Positions 38,406 to 47,432 of a DNA stretch of 50,616 bases are shown in pieces. The notes under the pieces were generated by a model, which was not told the origin of the DNA, searched no databases, and was given only the letters and a program-made list of their open reading frames with translations. Each line of letters begins with the position of its first letter. Position 1 is the stretch's first letter. Origin of the DNA: Candidatus Hydrothermales bacterium (GTDB lineage Bacteria; Hydrothermota; Hydrothermia; Hydrothermales; JAJRUZ01); NCBI GenBank assembly GCA_039630575.1, contig JBCNUW010000015.1, forward strand, positions 1-50,616, in the 5' to 3' direction. The translations under genes were made by a program, and so were the position numbers.

Positions 38406-39302
38406 ATGAATAATAAATTAAAGGGGGAAATATGTGCAATTATAACACCCTTTAGAGAGGGTAAAATTGATTTTAAAGCATTTGATAGGCTAATTGACTT
38501 ACATCTAAAAAGCAATATAGATGGTATTCTTGTACTTGGGACTACCGGAGAGTCTCCAACTGTTGATAGTGAAGAAAGAAAGGAAGTTTTCAGTTTCTTT
38601 AGAGAAAAAGTTAAGGACAAAATAACTTTAATAGCAGGTGTAGGAACAAATGATGGAAGAAAGACTTTAAAATATTCTGAAATAGCGCTTGATTGTGGTT
38701 TTAAGTATCATCTTGTTGTGATTCCCTATTACAACAAACCTACTCAAGGTAATCTCATAGATTATTTTCTTTTTTTAGCAAAAAATTCTGAGGGTAAGAT
38801 AATAATTTATAACGTGCCAGGTAGAACTGGAACTAATATTTCTCCTGAAACAGTTTTAAAAATTTATGAAAAAGTTCCAGATAAAATCGTTGGAATAAAA
38901 GAGGCATCTAAAAACCTTGACCAGATGATGGAAATTTCAAAAATGTTGAAAGGTAAGATCTCTTTGCTTTCTGGTGATGACTCATGGACCTTTCCACTTT
39001 TATCCTTAGGGTATGATGGTGTAATTTCTGTTTATTCAAATGTAAATCCCGGATATTTAAAAAAGATGATTGAATTTTTTGAAAGAGGAGAAATTGAGAA
39101 ATCAAGAAAAATGCACTATGAAGCTTTACCTTTAATGAATTTGCTCTTTGTTGAGACCAATCCGTTACCTTGTAAAACCCTACTTGCCCATCTTGGATGG
39201 ATTGAAGAGGAATTTAGGTTTCCTCTTGGTAAGATGAGTGAACAAAATAAAAGGAAGTTAATTGAGTTTGCACAGAATTATGATTTGCCAAAACCAAAGT
39301 AA
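38406..39302 (+). CDS. dapA: 4-hydroxy-tetrahydrodipicolinate synthase
   Basis: AIITPF, GTTGESPT, PYYNKPTQ, YNVPGRTG, IVGIKEAS (Schiff-base Lys), LSGDD, ETNPLPCK. Confidence 0.93.
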   Translation: MNNKLKGEICAIITPFREGKIDFKAFDRLIDLHLKSNIDGILVLGTTGESPTVDSEERKEVFSFFREKVKDKITLIAGVGTNDGRKTLKYSEIALDCGFKYHLVVIPYYNKPTQGNLIDYFLFLAKNSEGKIIIYNVPGRTGTNISPETVLKIYEKVPDKIVGIKEASKNLDQMMEISKMLKGKISLLSGDDSWTFPLLSLGYDGVISVYSNVNPGYLKKMIEFFERGEIEKSRKMHYEALPLMNLLFVETNPLPCKTLLAHLGWIEEEFRFPLGKMSEQNKRKLIEFAQNYDLPKPK

Positions 39303-39316
39303 AGGATTTTTAAATA

Positions 39317-40516
39317 ATGGATATTTTTGAAAAATGTAGAAATTTAACTCCAACAAATCCACTTTATGAAGCAAAACTTGCGATCGAGAAAGGTATTTAT
39401 CCATTTTTCATTCCACTTGAGAATAACGAAGGAACTGAAGCAATATTTAATGGACGTAGGGTTTTAATGTTTGGTTCAAATAATTATTTAGGTCTAACAA
39501 CGGATAAAAGAGTAAGGGAAGCTGCTATTGAGGCTATAAAAAAATATGGAACAAGTGTAACAGGATCAAGATTTATGAATGGGACACTAAAGCTTCATCT
39601 CGAGCTCGAAGAAAGACTTGCCGAATTTATAGGAAAAGAAAAGTGTATTGTTTTTTCAACAGGATATCAGACAAATGTCGGAACTATATCAGCTCTCTTA
39701 GGAAAGGAAGATTATGCAATTGTGGATAAGGAAGATCATGCTTCAATAATTGACGGTTGTAAGATGTCTTTTGGTAAAATGGAGAGATTCAAGCACAATG
39801 ATGTGGAGGATTTGGAAAGAACAATTCAAAAGTTGCCAGAGGATAAAGGGAAATTGGTAATTGTTGATGGGGTATATTCAATGAGTGGGGAAATAGCACC
39901 TTTACCTGATATAATTAAAATATGTAAAAAGTACAATGCAAGACTTATGGTAGATGATGCTCATTCTGTAGGGGTGCTTGGTGAATGTGGAAGAGGAACA
40001 GCTAATCATTTTAAAGTTGAAAAAGATGTTGATTTGATTATGGGAACTTTTAGTAAATCCTTTGCAAGTTTAGGAGGTTTTATTGCAGGTGATAAGGATG
40101 TTATATTTTATATTCAGCATGTTGCAAGATCTTTCATATTCAGTGCAGCTATATCCCCACCAAACCTTGCAAGTGCCTTGAAAGCTCTTGAAATAATGCA
40201 AAAGGAGCCAGAAAGGATTGAAAATTTAAGAAAAGTATCAGAAAAGTGGAGAAACGGTCTAAAATCTCTTGGTTTTGATGTGGGAAAATCCCAAACACCC
40301 ATTGTCCCAGTTTATCTAAGAGATAAATGGAAAACAGTTTATATGTGGAAGGAATTACTTGAAGAGGGAATATATGTAAATCCTGTTGTGCCTCCAGGTG
40401 TTCCTCCTAGTGATTCTCTGTTAAGGACAAGCTGTATGGCTACACACACTGATGAGCATATTGAAAGAGGTCTTGAAATATTCGAGAGGGTTGGAAAAAG
40501 GCTCAAAATAATATAA
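39317..40516 (+). CDS. Alpha-oxoamine synthase family PLP enzyme, serine palmitoyltransferase-like
   Basis: GIYPFF, VLMFGSNNYLGL, GSRFMNGT, HASIIDG, VDDAHSVG, DLIMGTFSKSFASLGG. Family certain; SPT versus BioF/Kbl is inference. Confidence 0.85.
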   Translation: MDIFEKCRNLTPTNPLYEAKLAIEKGIYPFFIPLENNEGTEAIFNGRRVLMFGSNNYLGLTTDKRVREAAIEAIKKYGTSVTGSRFMNGTLKLHLELEERLAEFIGKEKCIVFSTGYQTNVGTISALLGKEDYAIVDKEDHASIIDGCKMSFGKMERFKHNDVEDLERTIQKLPEDKGKLVIVDGVYSMSGEIAPLPDIIKICKKYNARLMVDDAHSVGVLGECGRGTANHFKVEKDVDLIMGTFSKSFASLGGFIAGDKDVIFYIQHVARSFIFSAAISPPNLASALKALEIMQKEPERIENLRKVSEKWRNGLKSLGFDVGKSQTPIVPVYLRDKWKTVYMWKELLEEGIYVNPVVPPGVPPSDSLLRTSCMATHTDEHIERGLEIFERVGKRLKII

Positions 40517-40517
40517 A

Positions 40518-41735
40518 TTATTTAAAACAAAAGGCTGATTTTATTAATCTATTTTTCTTTTTATTTAAATTTGCCTCAAAGGCTTTTTTATAATCTTTTA
40601 TTCTAAATTTGTGAGTTAAAAGATCTTTCAAATCTATTTTTTTCTCTTTAATAAGGTTAATTGTAATTTCATAACATCTTTTTTTCTCCCTCATGTAATT
40701 TTCTGTGCTTGAAGAATTTGTTCCAATAAGGTTTATTTCTCTAAACCATAAAAATGATAGATCTATAGAATTTAAAATACTAGATGTTCCAACTAAAACT
40801 ATTTTTCCTCCAGGTTTTACCCATCCAAAGGAACTTTGTATCATATCTCTATTTCCTGTACATTCAAAAATTAAATCAAAACCAGAATTTAAAAACTTTT
40901 TTCCTAATAAAGGTTTTAAAATTTTTGAGTCAGTTATTTGAGCGAATTTCTCTAAATAATTTTCCTTTAAATAGATGACGTCTGAATATTCTTTTATTCT
41001 TTCAGCTTGAAATTCATATTTGCAAAGTGAATATACCTTTGCTTTACTTTTTAATGCTTTTAAAGAAATTGCAACACATATTCCAATTATTCCTGCTCCA
41101 ATTATTAAAACTTTTTCATTTTCACCCGGAAAATTTCTTAAAACAGGGTGAAGGGCAGAACAAAAAGAATCAACTAAAATTGCTTCCTCATCAGAAATAT
41201 CATCATCTAACTTAAAAGTTTGAAATTCATGGGCAATAAAGTATTCACTCCACGACCCTCCTGTCGATGAGCAGGCTCCAATTATTACACCCTCACTTAA
41301 TTTCCCTTTCTCTGCAAAGTTTAAACATCTTGAATATTCACCCTTTTTACAACTCTCACATAAAATATCGATTTCTTTTGCTTGACAAGAAAGAACCGGA
41401 TCAACTATGACCCTATCTCCCTTTTTAACCTTTTCAACATCACCAGATACATCGTAAACAATTCCCACATTTTCATGACCTATAACAAAAGGTGATGACG
41501 AATAAGGAGATAAAAGTGGTGAATCTCTGAGTGTTATAAGATTTAAATCACTTCCACAGATTCCTCCATAAATTGTTTTTATCTTTAAGTATTTCCCCGA
41601 AGGTATTTTAGGTTCCTTTATGTCAGTGTATTTTACACAGGATAAAATTCCCCAATAAAAGGATTTCTTTAGTTTACCTAAAATTTTTGTAAGAACATAT
41701 CGTGGAATACTCTCGTTAAAAACAATTGCCTTCAT
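40518..41735 (-). CDS. Zinc-dependent medium-chain alcohol dehydrogenase
   Basis: GICGSD, GHENVG, four-Cys structural Zn lobe, IIGAGIIG. Confidence 0.9.
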   Translation of the reverse strand: MKAIVFNESIPRYVLTKILGKLKKSFYWGILSCVKYTDIKEPKIPSGKYLKIKTIYGGICGSDLNLITLRDSPLLSPYSSSPFVIGHENVGIVYDVSGDVEKVKKGDRVIVDPVLSCQAKEIDILCESCKKGEYSRCLNFAEKGKLSEGVIIGACSSTGGSWSEYFIAHEFQTFKLDDDISDEEAILVDSFCSALHPVLRNFPGENEKVLIIGAGIIGICVAISLKALKSKAKVYSLCKYEFQAERIKEYSDVIYLKENYLEKFAQITDSKILKPLLGKKFLNSGFDLIFECTGNRDMIQSSFGWVKPGGKIVLVGTSSILNSIDLSFLWFREINLIGTNSSSTENYMREKKRCYEITINLIKEKKIDLKDLLTHKFRIKDYKKAFEANLNKKKNRLIKSAFCFK

Positions 41736-41738
41736 AAC

Positions 41739-42605
41739 TTAAAATACATAGTGGGGATTAAAAAATATTATTACTATTGACAAAATAAGGTAAAAAAAGT
41801 ATATAAGAAAAAGAGGAGTTTCTTCAAATTTTTTTCTTAAGGATAAAATTAAACTTAAGGTTCCAGAAATTAATGATAAAAAGTAAAAGATTAATTTAGA
41901 TAAAATTATTGCTACAAGCAAATATGTGAAGAATAGGGATATACCTGCAAAGAGTGGAGCCTTTTTTTCTCCTACAATGACTGGTAAGGTTTTTACATTT
42001 TGAATTTTGTCTCCATTTAAATCAAGAACATCTCTAAAATTCATGGCAAAGGGAAAGGCAAATAAAAACACTAAGTATAGTTTTAAGGGGAAATTTTTTA
42101 GATAGTACTTTTCTTCAATAACAGAAAATCCGTATAAAATTGAAAATAAAGCTGCAAGTGAAAGTATGATTATTGAGATTGGGTATATTCTTTTTAACCT
42201 AAAAGGCGGGAAGCTATAAACTATTTGAAGAAGATGTAAAATTAAAAGATTTATAAAAGAGTAAATGTTAATTAAAATAGAAAGTAATAGGGATATAAAC
42301 ATAAATAAAAGTCCATAGAGGTAATAACTTTTTTTATCAATAAGATTTAAGGTTAGAGGAGTTCTTTTTAAATTTTTTCTATCACCCTCAAAGTCATAAA
42401 TATCGTTGAATACAAGAGATGAATAGAAGGCTAAAATTAAAACTAAAATTGAAAAGAGAAGTTTAAAAAGGTTTATTTGGTTTAAAGGAATTTTTTCTTT
42501 AATTATAGCAAGAGAAAAACCACCGGCACATAAAAGAAAGTAATGGATCTGGAGATTGATTCTCTCCTTATAAAAATACGTTTTTATTATTTTAAAAAGA
42601 GCCAT
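41739..42605 (-). CDS. UbiA-family prenyltransferase
   Basis: NDIYDFEGDRKN..R.P, YSFPPFRLKR, RDVLDLNGD...KTLPV; multiple TM helices. Confidence 0.88.
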   Translation of the reverse strand: MALFKIIKTYFYKERINLQIHYFLLCAGGFSLAIIKEKIPLNQINLFKLLFSILVLILAFYSSLVFNDIYDFEGDRKNLKRTPLTLNLIDKKSYYLYGLLFMFISLLLSILINIYSFINLLILHLLQIVYSFPPFRLKRIYPISIIILSLAALFSILYGFSVIEEKYYLKNFPLKLYLVFLFAFPFAMNFRDVLDLNGDKIQNVKTLPVIVGEKKAPLFAGISLFFTYLLVAIILSKLIFYFLSLISGTLSLILSLRKKFEETPLFLIYFFYLILSIVIIFFNPHYVF

Positions 42606-43573
42606 TACAGATTTAAAAAATATTTTCCATTTTCTATGCTCCTTTTATCTAATCTTTTAAGACCTATCTCCTTTGCATATTCTACTACATCCCAAAATTC
42701 TTTTAATTTTGGTCTTCTTGAAATTTCTGGATAATTTTTTGCCTTATATTCTGGTCTATATTGAGCCATAATATTTATAAAAGTGTTTTCAGAAATTTCC
42801 TCCTTAATCCACTTTAAAATTTTTTTACTTTCTTCAACAAGATTTGGCATAACAAGATGCCTTAAAAGGATACCTCTCTTTGCAATACCGTACTCATCAA
42901 GAACAAGATCTCCAACCTGTCTGTGCATATTTTTTAATGATTTTTTTGCAACTTCCGGATAATCGGGAGCTAAACAGTATTTTCTCGCACTTTCCTTTTC
43001 CCAAAACTTAAAATCTGGCATATAAATATCAACTAATCCATCCATCAACTCTATAGATTCTTCGGAGTCGTAGGAACTTGTGTTATAAACAATTGGAACA
43101 TTTAGACCCATTTCTATTGCAAAGGGAATTGCTTCTAATATTTGTGGAACAACATGTTCAGGTGTAACAAAATTTATGTTGTGACAACCCTGCTCCTGAA
43201 GGTAAATCATAATTTTTGCAAGTTCCTTTGGTTTTATTTCATAACCTGTGACTTTTTGTGATATATCCCAGTTTTGACAGAATACACACTTTAGATTACA
43301 TCCTGAAAAGAAAATTGTTCCAGAGCCGTTTATGCCTCTTAAAACATCTTCCTCTCCAAAGTGCGCAAAAGCTGAGGATACTATAGCGTATCTTCCTATC
43401 TTACATACCCCCTTTTCGTTTTCAAGTCTTTTTATTTTACATTTTCTTGGACAAACTCGGCAAGGTTTTTCAAGAAGAGATAGTGCCTTTTCTACCTTTT
43501 CTTTTAACTTTCCCTCTTCTTTTGTTTTTAAATAACACGGCTCAAAATCTTTTGACATTATTGAGAACTTCAT
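42605..43573 (-). CDS. Radical SAM protein, PflX-like
   Basis: CRVCPRKC...GVC, HFGEE, GSGTIFFSGCNLKCVFCQN (CxxxCxxC), HNINFVTP, DIYMPDFK, RHLVMP, MAQYRP. Confidence 0.92.
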   Translation of the reverse strand: MKFSIMSKDFEPCYLKTKEEGKLKEKVEKALSLLEKPCRVCPRKCKIKRLENEKGVCKIGRYAIVSSAFAHFGEEDVLRGINGSGTIFFSGCNLKCVFCQNWDISQKVTGYEIKPKELAKIMIYLQEQGCHNINFVTPEHVVPQILEAIPFAIEMGLNVPIVYNTSSYDSEESIELMDGLVDIYMPDFKFWEKESARKYCLAPDYPEVAKKSLKNMHRQVGDLVLDEYGIAKRGILLRHLVMPNLVEESKKILKWIKEEISENTFINIMAQYRPEYKAKNYPEISRRPKLKEFWDVVEYAKEIGLKRLDKRSIENGKYFLNL

Positions 43574-43630
43574 AGTCTATTATACACCTTTTCAATAGAA
43601 GAATTCTCTTTTTATATGTTAAAATCTATC

Positions 43631-45598
43631 ATGAAATTTTTATTTTTTGAACAAATTCTTTTTTCGTTAATTTTATTAGTTTCAATTATTTTTTTTATAA
43701 GGTCTTGCCTTATAAGATACAGCATTGTTTTAAAAGGTGAAAAAAAACCAAGAATAAAATTTTTAAAAGGTTTACTAAGAGTTTTAATTTATGTTCTTAC
43801 TCAGTTTGCTCTCATAAGGCAAAGACCTCTTCCTGGTATTTTTCATTCTTTTATCTTTTGGGGTTTTTTTGTTTTTCTGTTTTCAACAGTCGATATGATC
43901 TTTCACATATATGGGTTTCCCTCTTTTATTGAAATAAGTTTTTTCAACTTTTATCGCTTTTTGCTTGATCTTTTTGCTCTTTTTGTAATTGTAGGTGTAA
44001 TTGGCTTTTTTATAAGAAGATTTTTATTAAAACCTGAAGCGATAACTAAACCAAAACCTGAAAATGAAGTTATCCTTTATGGAAAGGCTAAAAGAGGTCC
44101 TCAAATAGAGTCCTTTATAATTTTGATTTTGATTTTTTTGTTAATGATAACATATCTCTTTGAGACTTCATCGGCAATAAAAATGGGTGAGAAAACGTTA
44201 CAAGGTAGGTGGTTTTCGGTTTTGTTTTTAAATTTTGTTCCTGCAAACTTTACTTTTTGGAAATTTAATTACTATTTACATCTATTACTTGTTTTTCTTT
44301 TTCTTAATTTAATACCACTTTCAAAGCATTTTCATATAATTAACGGTTTGATAAATGTTTTTCTTTATGATTTAAAATCTTACTCTTACATCGATAAAAT
44401 TGACTTTAGTAAAGAAGATATTACATTTGGATTTATTAAAATTAACGATATTTCCTTTAGTGAGAGATTAGATGCTTTTTCATGTATTGAGTGTGGAAGG
44501 TGTCAGGATGTTTGCCCTGCCTATTTCTCGGGTTCTTCTCTTAGTCCTAAATATCTTGTAGTGAATACAAGAGAGCTTCTATTAGAGACAGAGGATAATT
44601 TTGAAAAAATTAAGGGGAATGTTATTTCAGAGGAGGCTTTATGGGCTTGTACAACCTGTGGGGCTTGTATGGAGGCTTGTCCATTAGATATAAAGCATTT
44701 ACCTTATATAGTTAATTTAAGGAGAGGGGAAGTTTTGTCGGAGGGTAAATTTCCGGGTGAGCTTTCGTTTTTTTTCAAGAATATGGAACAAAAGCAAAAT
44801 CCATGGGGTTTATGGAGTGATGAGAGAGTAAAATGGATGGAGGGGTTACCTATTAAAAGAGCTTTTGAGAGTAAAAGGTTTGAGTATCTTTATTTTGTTG
44901 GATGTGCCTCAAGTTTTGATGAAAGACTTAAAAATATTCCAAGGAGTGTAGTTAAAATTTTGAACTATTTAAATGTTGATTATGCTGTTTTAGGTGAGGA
45001 GGAGATATGTAATGGAGATCCTGCGAGAAGAGCAGGAAATGAGTATCTCTTTCAAATGATTGTTGAGTCAAACTTAGAAATTTTTAAAAATTATCAGTTT
45101 GATAAAATAATTGTTCATTGCCCCCATTGTTTCAATGTCTTCAAAAATGAATATCCTGATTTTGGATTTAAAAAGGAAGTAATACATATTACTGAATTTT
45201 TAATTGAAAGAGTTAAAAGTGGAAAATTGAACTTAAAGAGAAAAGAAAAGTTATTTACCTTTCACGATCCATGTTATCTTGTGAGACACAATAGGATTTA
45301 TAAGGAACCTAGAATCTTAATTAAATCTATTGGAAAATTAAAGGAGCCCAAAAATACTGGATACTTTTCCTTCTGTTGTGGTGCTGGTGGTGCAAGAATG
45401 TGGATGGAAACAAAAAAGGGTAAAAGAGTAAATACAGTAAGAATGGATGAGTTAAAAAATCTTAATGTTAAAGATATTTTGGTTTCTTGCCCCTTTTGTT
45501 TAAGGATGTTGGAGGATGCTAAAAGGGAGATAGGTGCTGATGATTATGAGGTTATGGATATAACTGAAATAATAGCAAGAGATTTTTTGCATAATTAA
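43631..45598 (+). CDS. Membrane-bound Fe-S oxidoreductase (FadF/HdrD-like)
   Basis: TM region with His residues (FHSFIFWGF, LHLLLV, SKHFH); CIECGRCQDVCP and CTTCGACMEACP; EICNGD..CPHC, HDPCY..CCGAGG..CPFC. ATG 43631 follows an extended -10; alternative ATG 43616. Confidence 0.9.
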   Translation: MKFLFFEQILFSLILLVSIIFFIRSCLIRYSIVLKGEKKPRIKFLKGLLRVLIYVLTQFALIRQRPLPGIFHSFIFWGFFVFLFSTVDMIFHIYGFPSFIEISFFNFYRFLLDLFALFVIVGVIGFFIRRFLLKPEAITKPKPENEVILYGKAKRGPQIESFIILILIFLLMITYLFETSSAIKMGEKTLQGRWFSVLFLNFVPANFTFWKFNYYLHLLLVFLFLNLIPLSKHFHIINGLINVFLYDLKSYSYIDKIDFSKEDITFGFIKINDISFSERLDAFSCIECGRCQDVCPAYFSGSSLSPKYLVVNTRELLLETEDNFEKIKGNVISEEALWACTTCGACMEACPLDIKHLPYIVNLRRGEVLSEGKFPGELSFFFKNMEQKQNPWGLWSDERVKWMEGLPIKRAFESKRFEYLYFVGCASSFDERLKNIPRSVVKILNYLNVDYAVLGEEEICNGDPARRAGNEYLFQMIVESNLEIFKNYQFDKIIVHCPHCFNVFKNEYPDFGFKKEVIHITEFLIERVKSGKLNLKRKEKLFTFHDPCYLVRHNRIYKEPRILIKSIGKLKEPKNTGYFSFCCGAGGARMWMETKKGKRVNTVRMDELKNLNVKDILVSCPFCLRMLEDAKREIGADDYEVMDITEIIARDFLHN

Positions 45599-45624
45599 AT
45601 CTTTTTAGTCTTAAAATAATAACT

Positions 45625-46467
45625 ATGGAACTGGCGTTAAAGGAACTTTTAACAGAAAAAGCCTTAGCAGTGAGAAGAAAAATTATAAAAATGATCTATA
45701 AAGCTGGTAGTGGTCACCCTGGAGGTTCTCTTTCTTTGGTAGAAATTCTTGTAACTTTTTATTTTGGTGATGTTTTAAGATACAGAGAGGATGACCCATT
45801 TTGGTCTGATAGGGACAGGTTGATTCTTTCAAAGGGACATGGAATTCCCTCTCTTTATTCTGTTTGGTCAGAGATTGGATGGATTCCTGAGTATATGCTT
45901 TGGACATTGAGAAAATTGAATTCACCTTTACAGGGTCATCCTGATAGAAGAAAATTACCTCTTATTGAGATCTCATCAGGTTCACTTGGTCAGGGTTTAT
46001 CTGTTGGTATAGGTATGGCACTCGCAGGAAAAATTGACAAAAAGGACTACAGGGTTTATGTAATTATGGGAGACGGTGAAATGGAGGAGGGTCAAGTTTG
46101 GGAAGCTGCCATGTTTGCTGGTTTTCATAAATTAAATAATTTAACAGCACTGGTTGATTACAACAAATTTCAACTTGATGGTCCTATAGGAGAAATTCTC
46201 AACATAGAGCCTTTAAGTGATAAATGGAAAAGTTTTGGTTGGGAAGTTTTTGAGGTTGACGGTCATTCCTTTGATGAACTAAAAGATGTTTTTGATAGGA
46301 TTAAGGAGAATAGTTTTGAGAAACCTCAGTGTGTAATAGCCCATACTGTAAAGGGAAAGGGAGTGTCATTTATGGAAAATAACAATGAATTTCATGGAAG
46401 AGCACCAACTAAGGAGGAGGCTTTAAAGGCATTAAGGGAGCTTGGAGAGATATATCCAGAAATTTAA
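45625..46467 (+). CDS. Transketolase, N-terminal subunit
   Basis: GSGHPGGSLS, DRLILSKGH, LQGHP, GSLGQG, ThDP motif GDGEMEEG..N, TVKGKG, FHG. Confidence 0.94.
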   Translation: MELALKELLTEKALAVRRKIIKMIYKAGSGHPGGSLSLVEILVTFYFGDVLRYREDDPFWSDRDRLILSKGHGIPSLYSVWSEIGWIPEYMLWTLRKLNSPLQGHPDRRKLPLIEISSGSLGQGLSVGIGMALAGKIDKKDYRVYVIMGDGEMEEGQVWEAAMFAGFHKLNNLTALVDYNKFQLDGPIGEILNIEPLSDKWKSFGWEVFEVDGHSFDELKDVFDRIKENSFEKPQCVIAHTVKGKGVSFMENNNEFHGRAPTKEEALKALRELGEIYPEI

Positions 46468-46472
46468 ATTTC

Positions 46473-47417
46473 ATGATAAGAGAATTTAAACTGGGAAAAC
46501 CTACAAGAGTTGCTTATGGAGAGGCTCTTGCCAAAATTGGAGAGGAAATGGAAGAGATTGTGGTTCTTGATGCTGATCTTTCAAAATCGACTCATACCTA
46601 TCTTTTTGCTAAAAAATTTCCTGAGAGGTTTTATAATTTTGGTATAGCAGAGGCAAATATGGTAGGTGCTGCTGCAGGTCTTGCAAGATGTGGTAAAATC
46701 CCTTTCTGTTCATCCTTTGCCTGTTTTATGGTAAATAAAGCTTACGAACAAATCAAAATTTCTATTGCAGGTAGTGGTCTTAATGTTAAATTTGTATCTT
46801 CTCATGGAGGAATTTCAGTAGGTGAGGATGGTTTTACACAGCAAAGTGTTGAAGATATTGCTTTAATGTGTACTTTTCCCGGTTTTACAGTTGTTGCACC
46901 TTGTGATGAAGTTTATACAAGATGGTTAATAAGGGAAGTAGCTAAAAGGGAAGGACCATGTTATGTAAGAACCCAAAGACCAAGTGCCCCTATTATATAT
47001 GAAAATAAGAACGAATTTACATGGGGTAAGTATATTAAACTGGAAGAAGGTGAAGATGTTGCAATTTTTAGTTATGGATTGGTAGTTGCAGAGAGTTTAA
47101 AAGCTCATGATCTTTTAAAAAAAGAGGGTATAAAAGCATCGATTTATGATGCTCCTTACATTAAACCGTTGGATGAGGAGACTATACTTGATGTGGCAAA
47201 AAGTATAAAAAAGATTGTTGTTGTAGAAGAACATTTAAGAGACGGGGGACTCGGTTCGAGGATAGCAAGTTTTTTGGCTGAAAATTTTCCTGTTCCTATG
47301 AAAATTTTAGCTATAGAAGATACTTATGGTGAGTCTGGAAAACCTGATGAACTTTTTGAAAAGTTTGGAATTTCTTATAGGAAAATATTTAAAGAGGTTT
47401 TAAATTTTATTAGATAG
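46473..47417 (+). CDS. Transketolase, C-terminal subunit
   Basis: VLDADLSKST, GIAEANM..AAGLA, HGGISVGEDGFTQQ, IKPLD, VEEH..GGLGS. Confidence 0.93.
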   Translation: MIREFKLGKPTRVAYGEALAKIGEEMEEIVVLDADLSKSTHTYLFAKKFPERFYNFGIAEANMVGAAAGLARCGKIPFCSSFACFMVNKAYEQIKISIAGSGLNVKFVSSHGGISVGEDGFTQQSVEDIALMCTFPGFTVVAPCDEVYTRWLIREVAKREGPCYVRTQRPSAPIIYENKNEFTWGKYIKLEEGEDVAIFSYGLVVAESLKAHDLLKKEGIKASIYDAPYIKPLDEETILDVAKSIKKIVVVEEHLRDGGLGSRIASFLAENFPVPMKILAIEDTYGESGKPDELFEKFGISYRKIFKEVLNFIR

Positions 47418-47432
47418 TGTAGGGTATTATTA

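Noticed and set aside
38406..40516. dapA and SPT-like gene as one pathway
   Set aside because: Likely co-transcribed (14-bp gap), but no biochemical link is evident.
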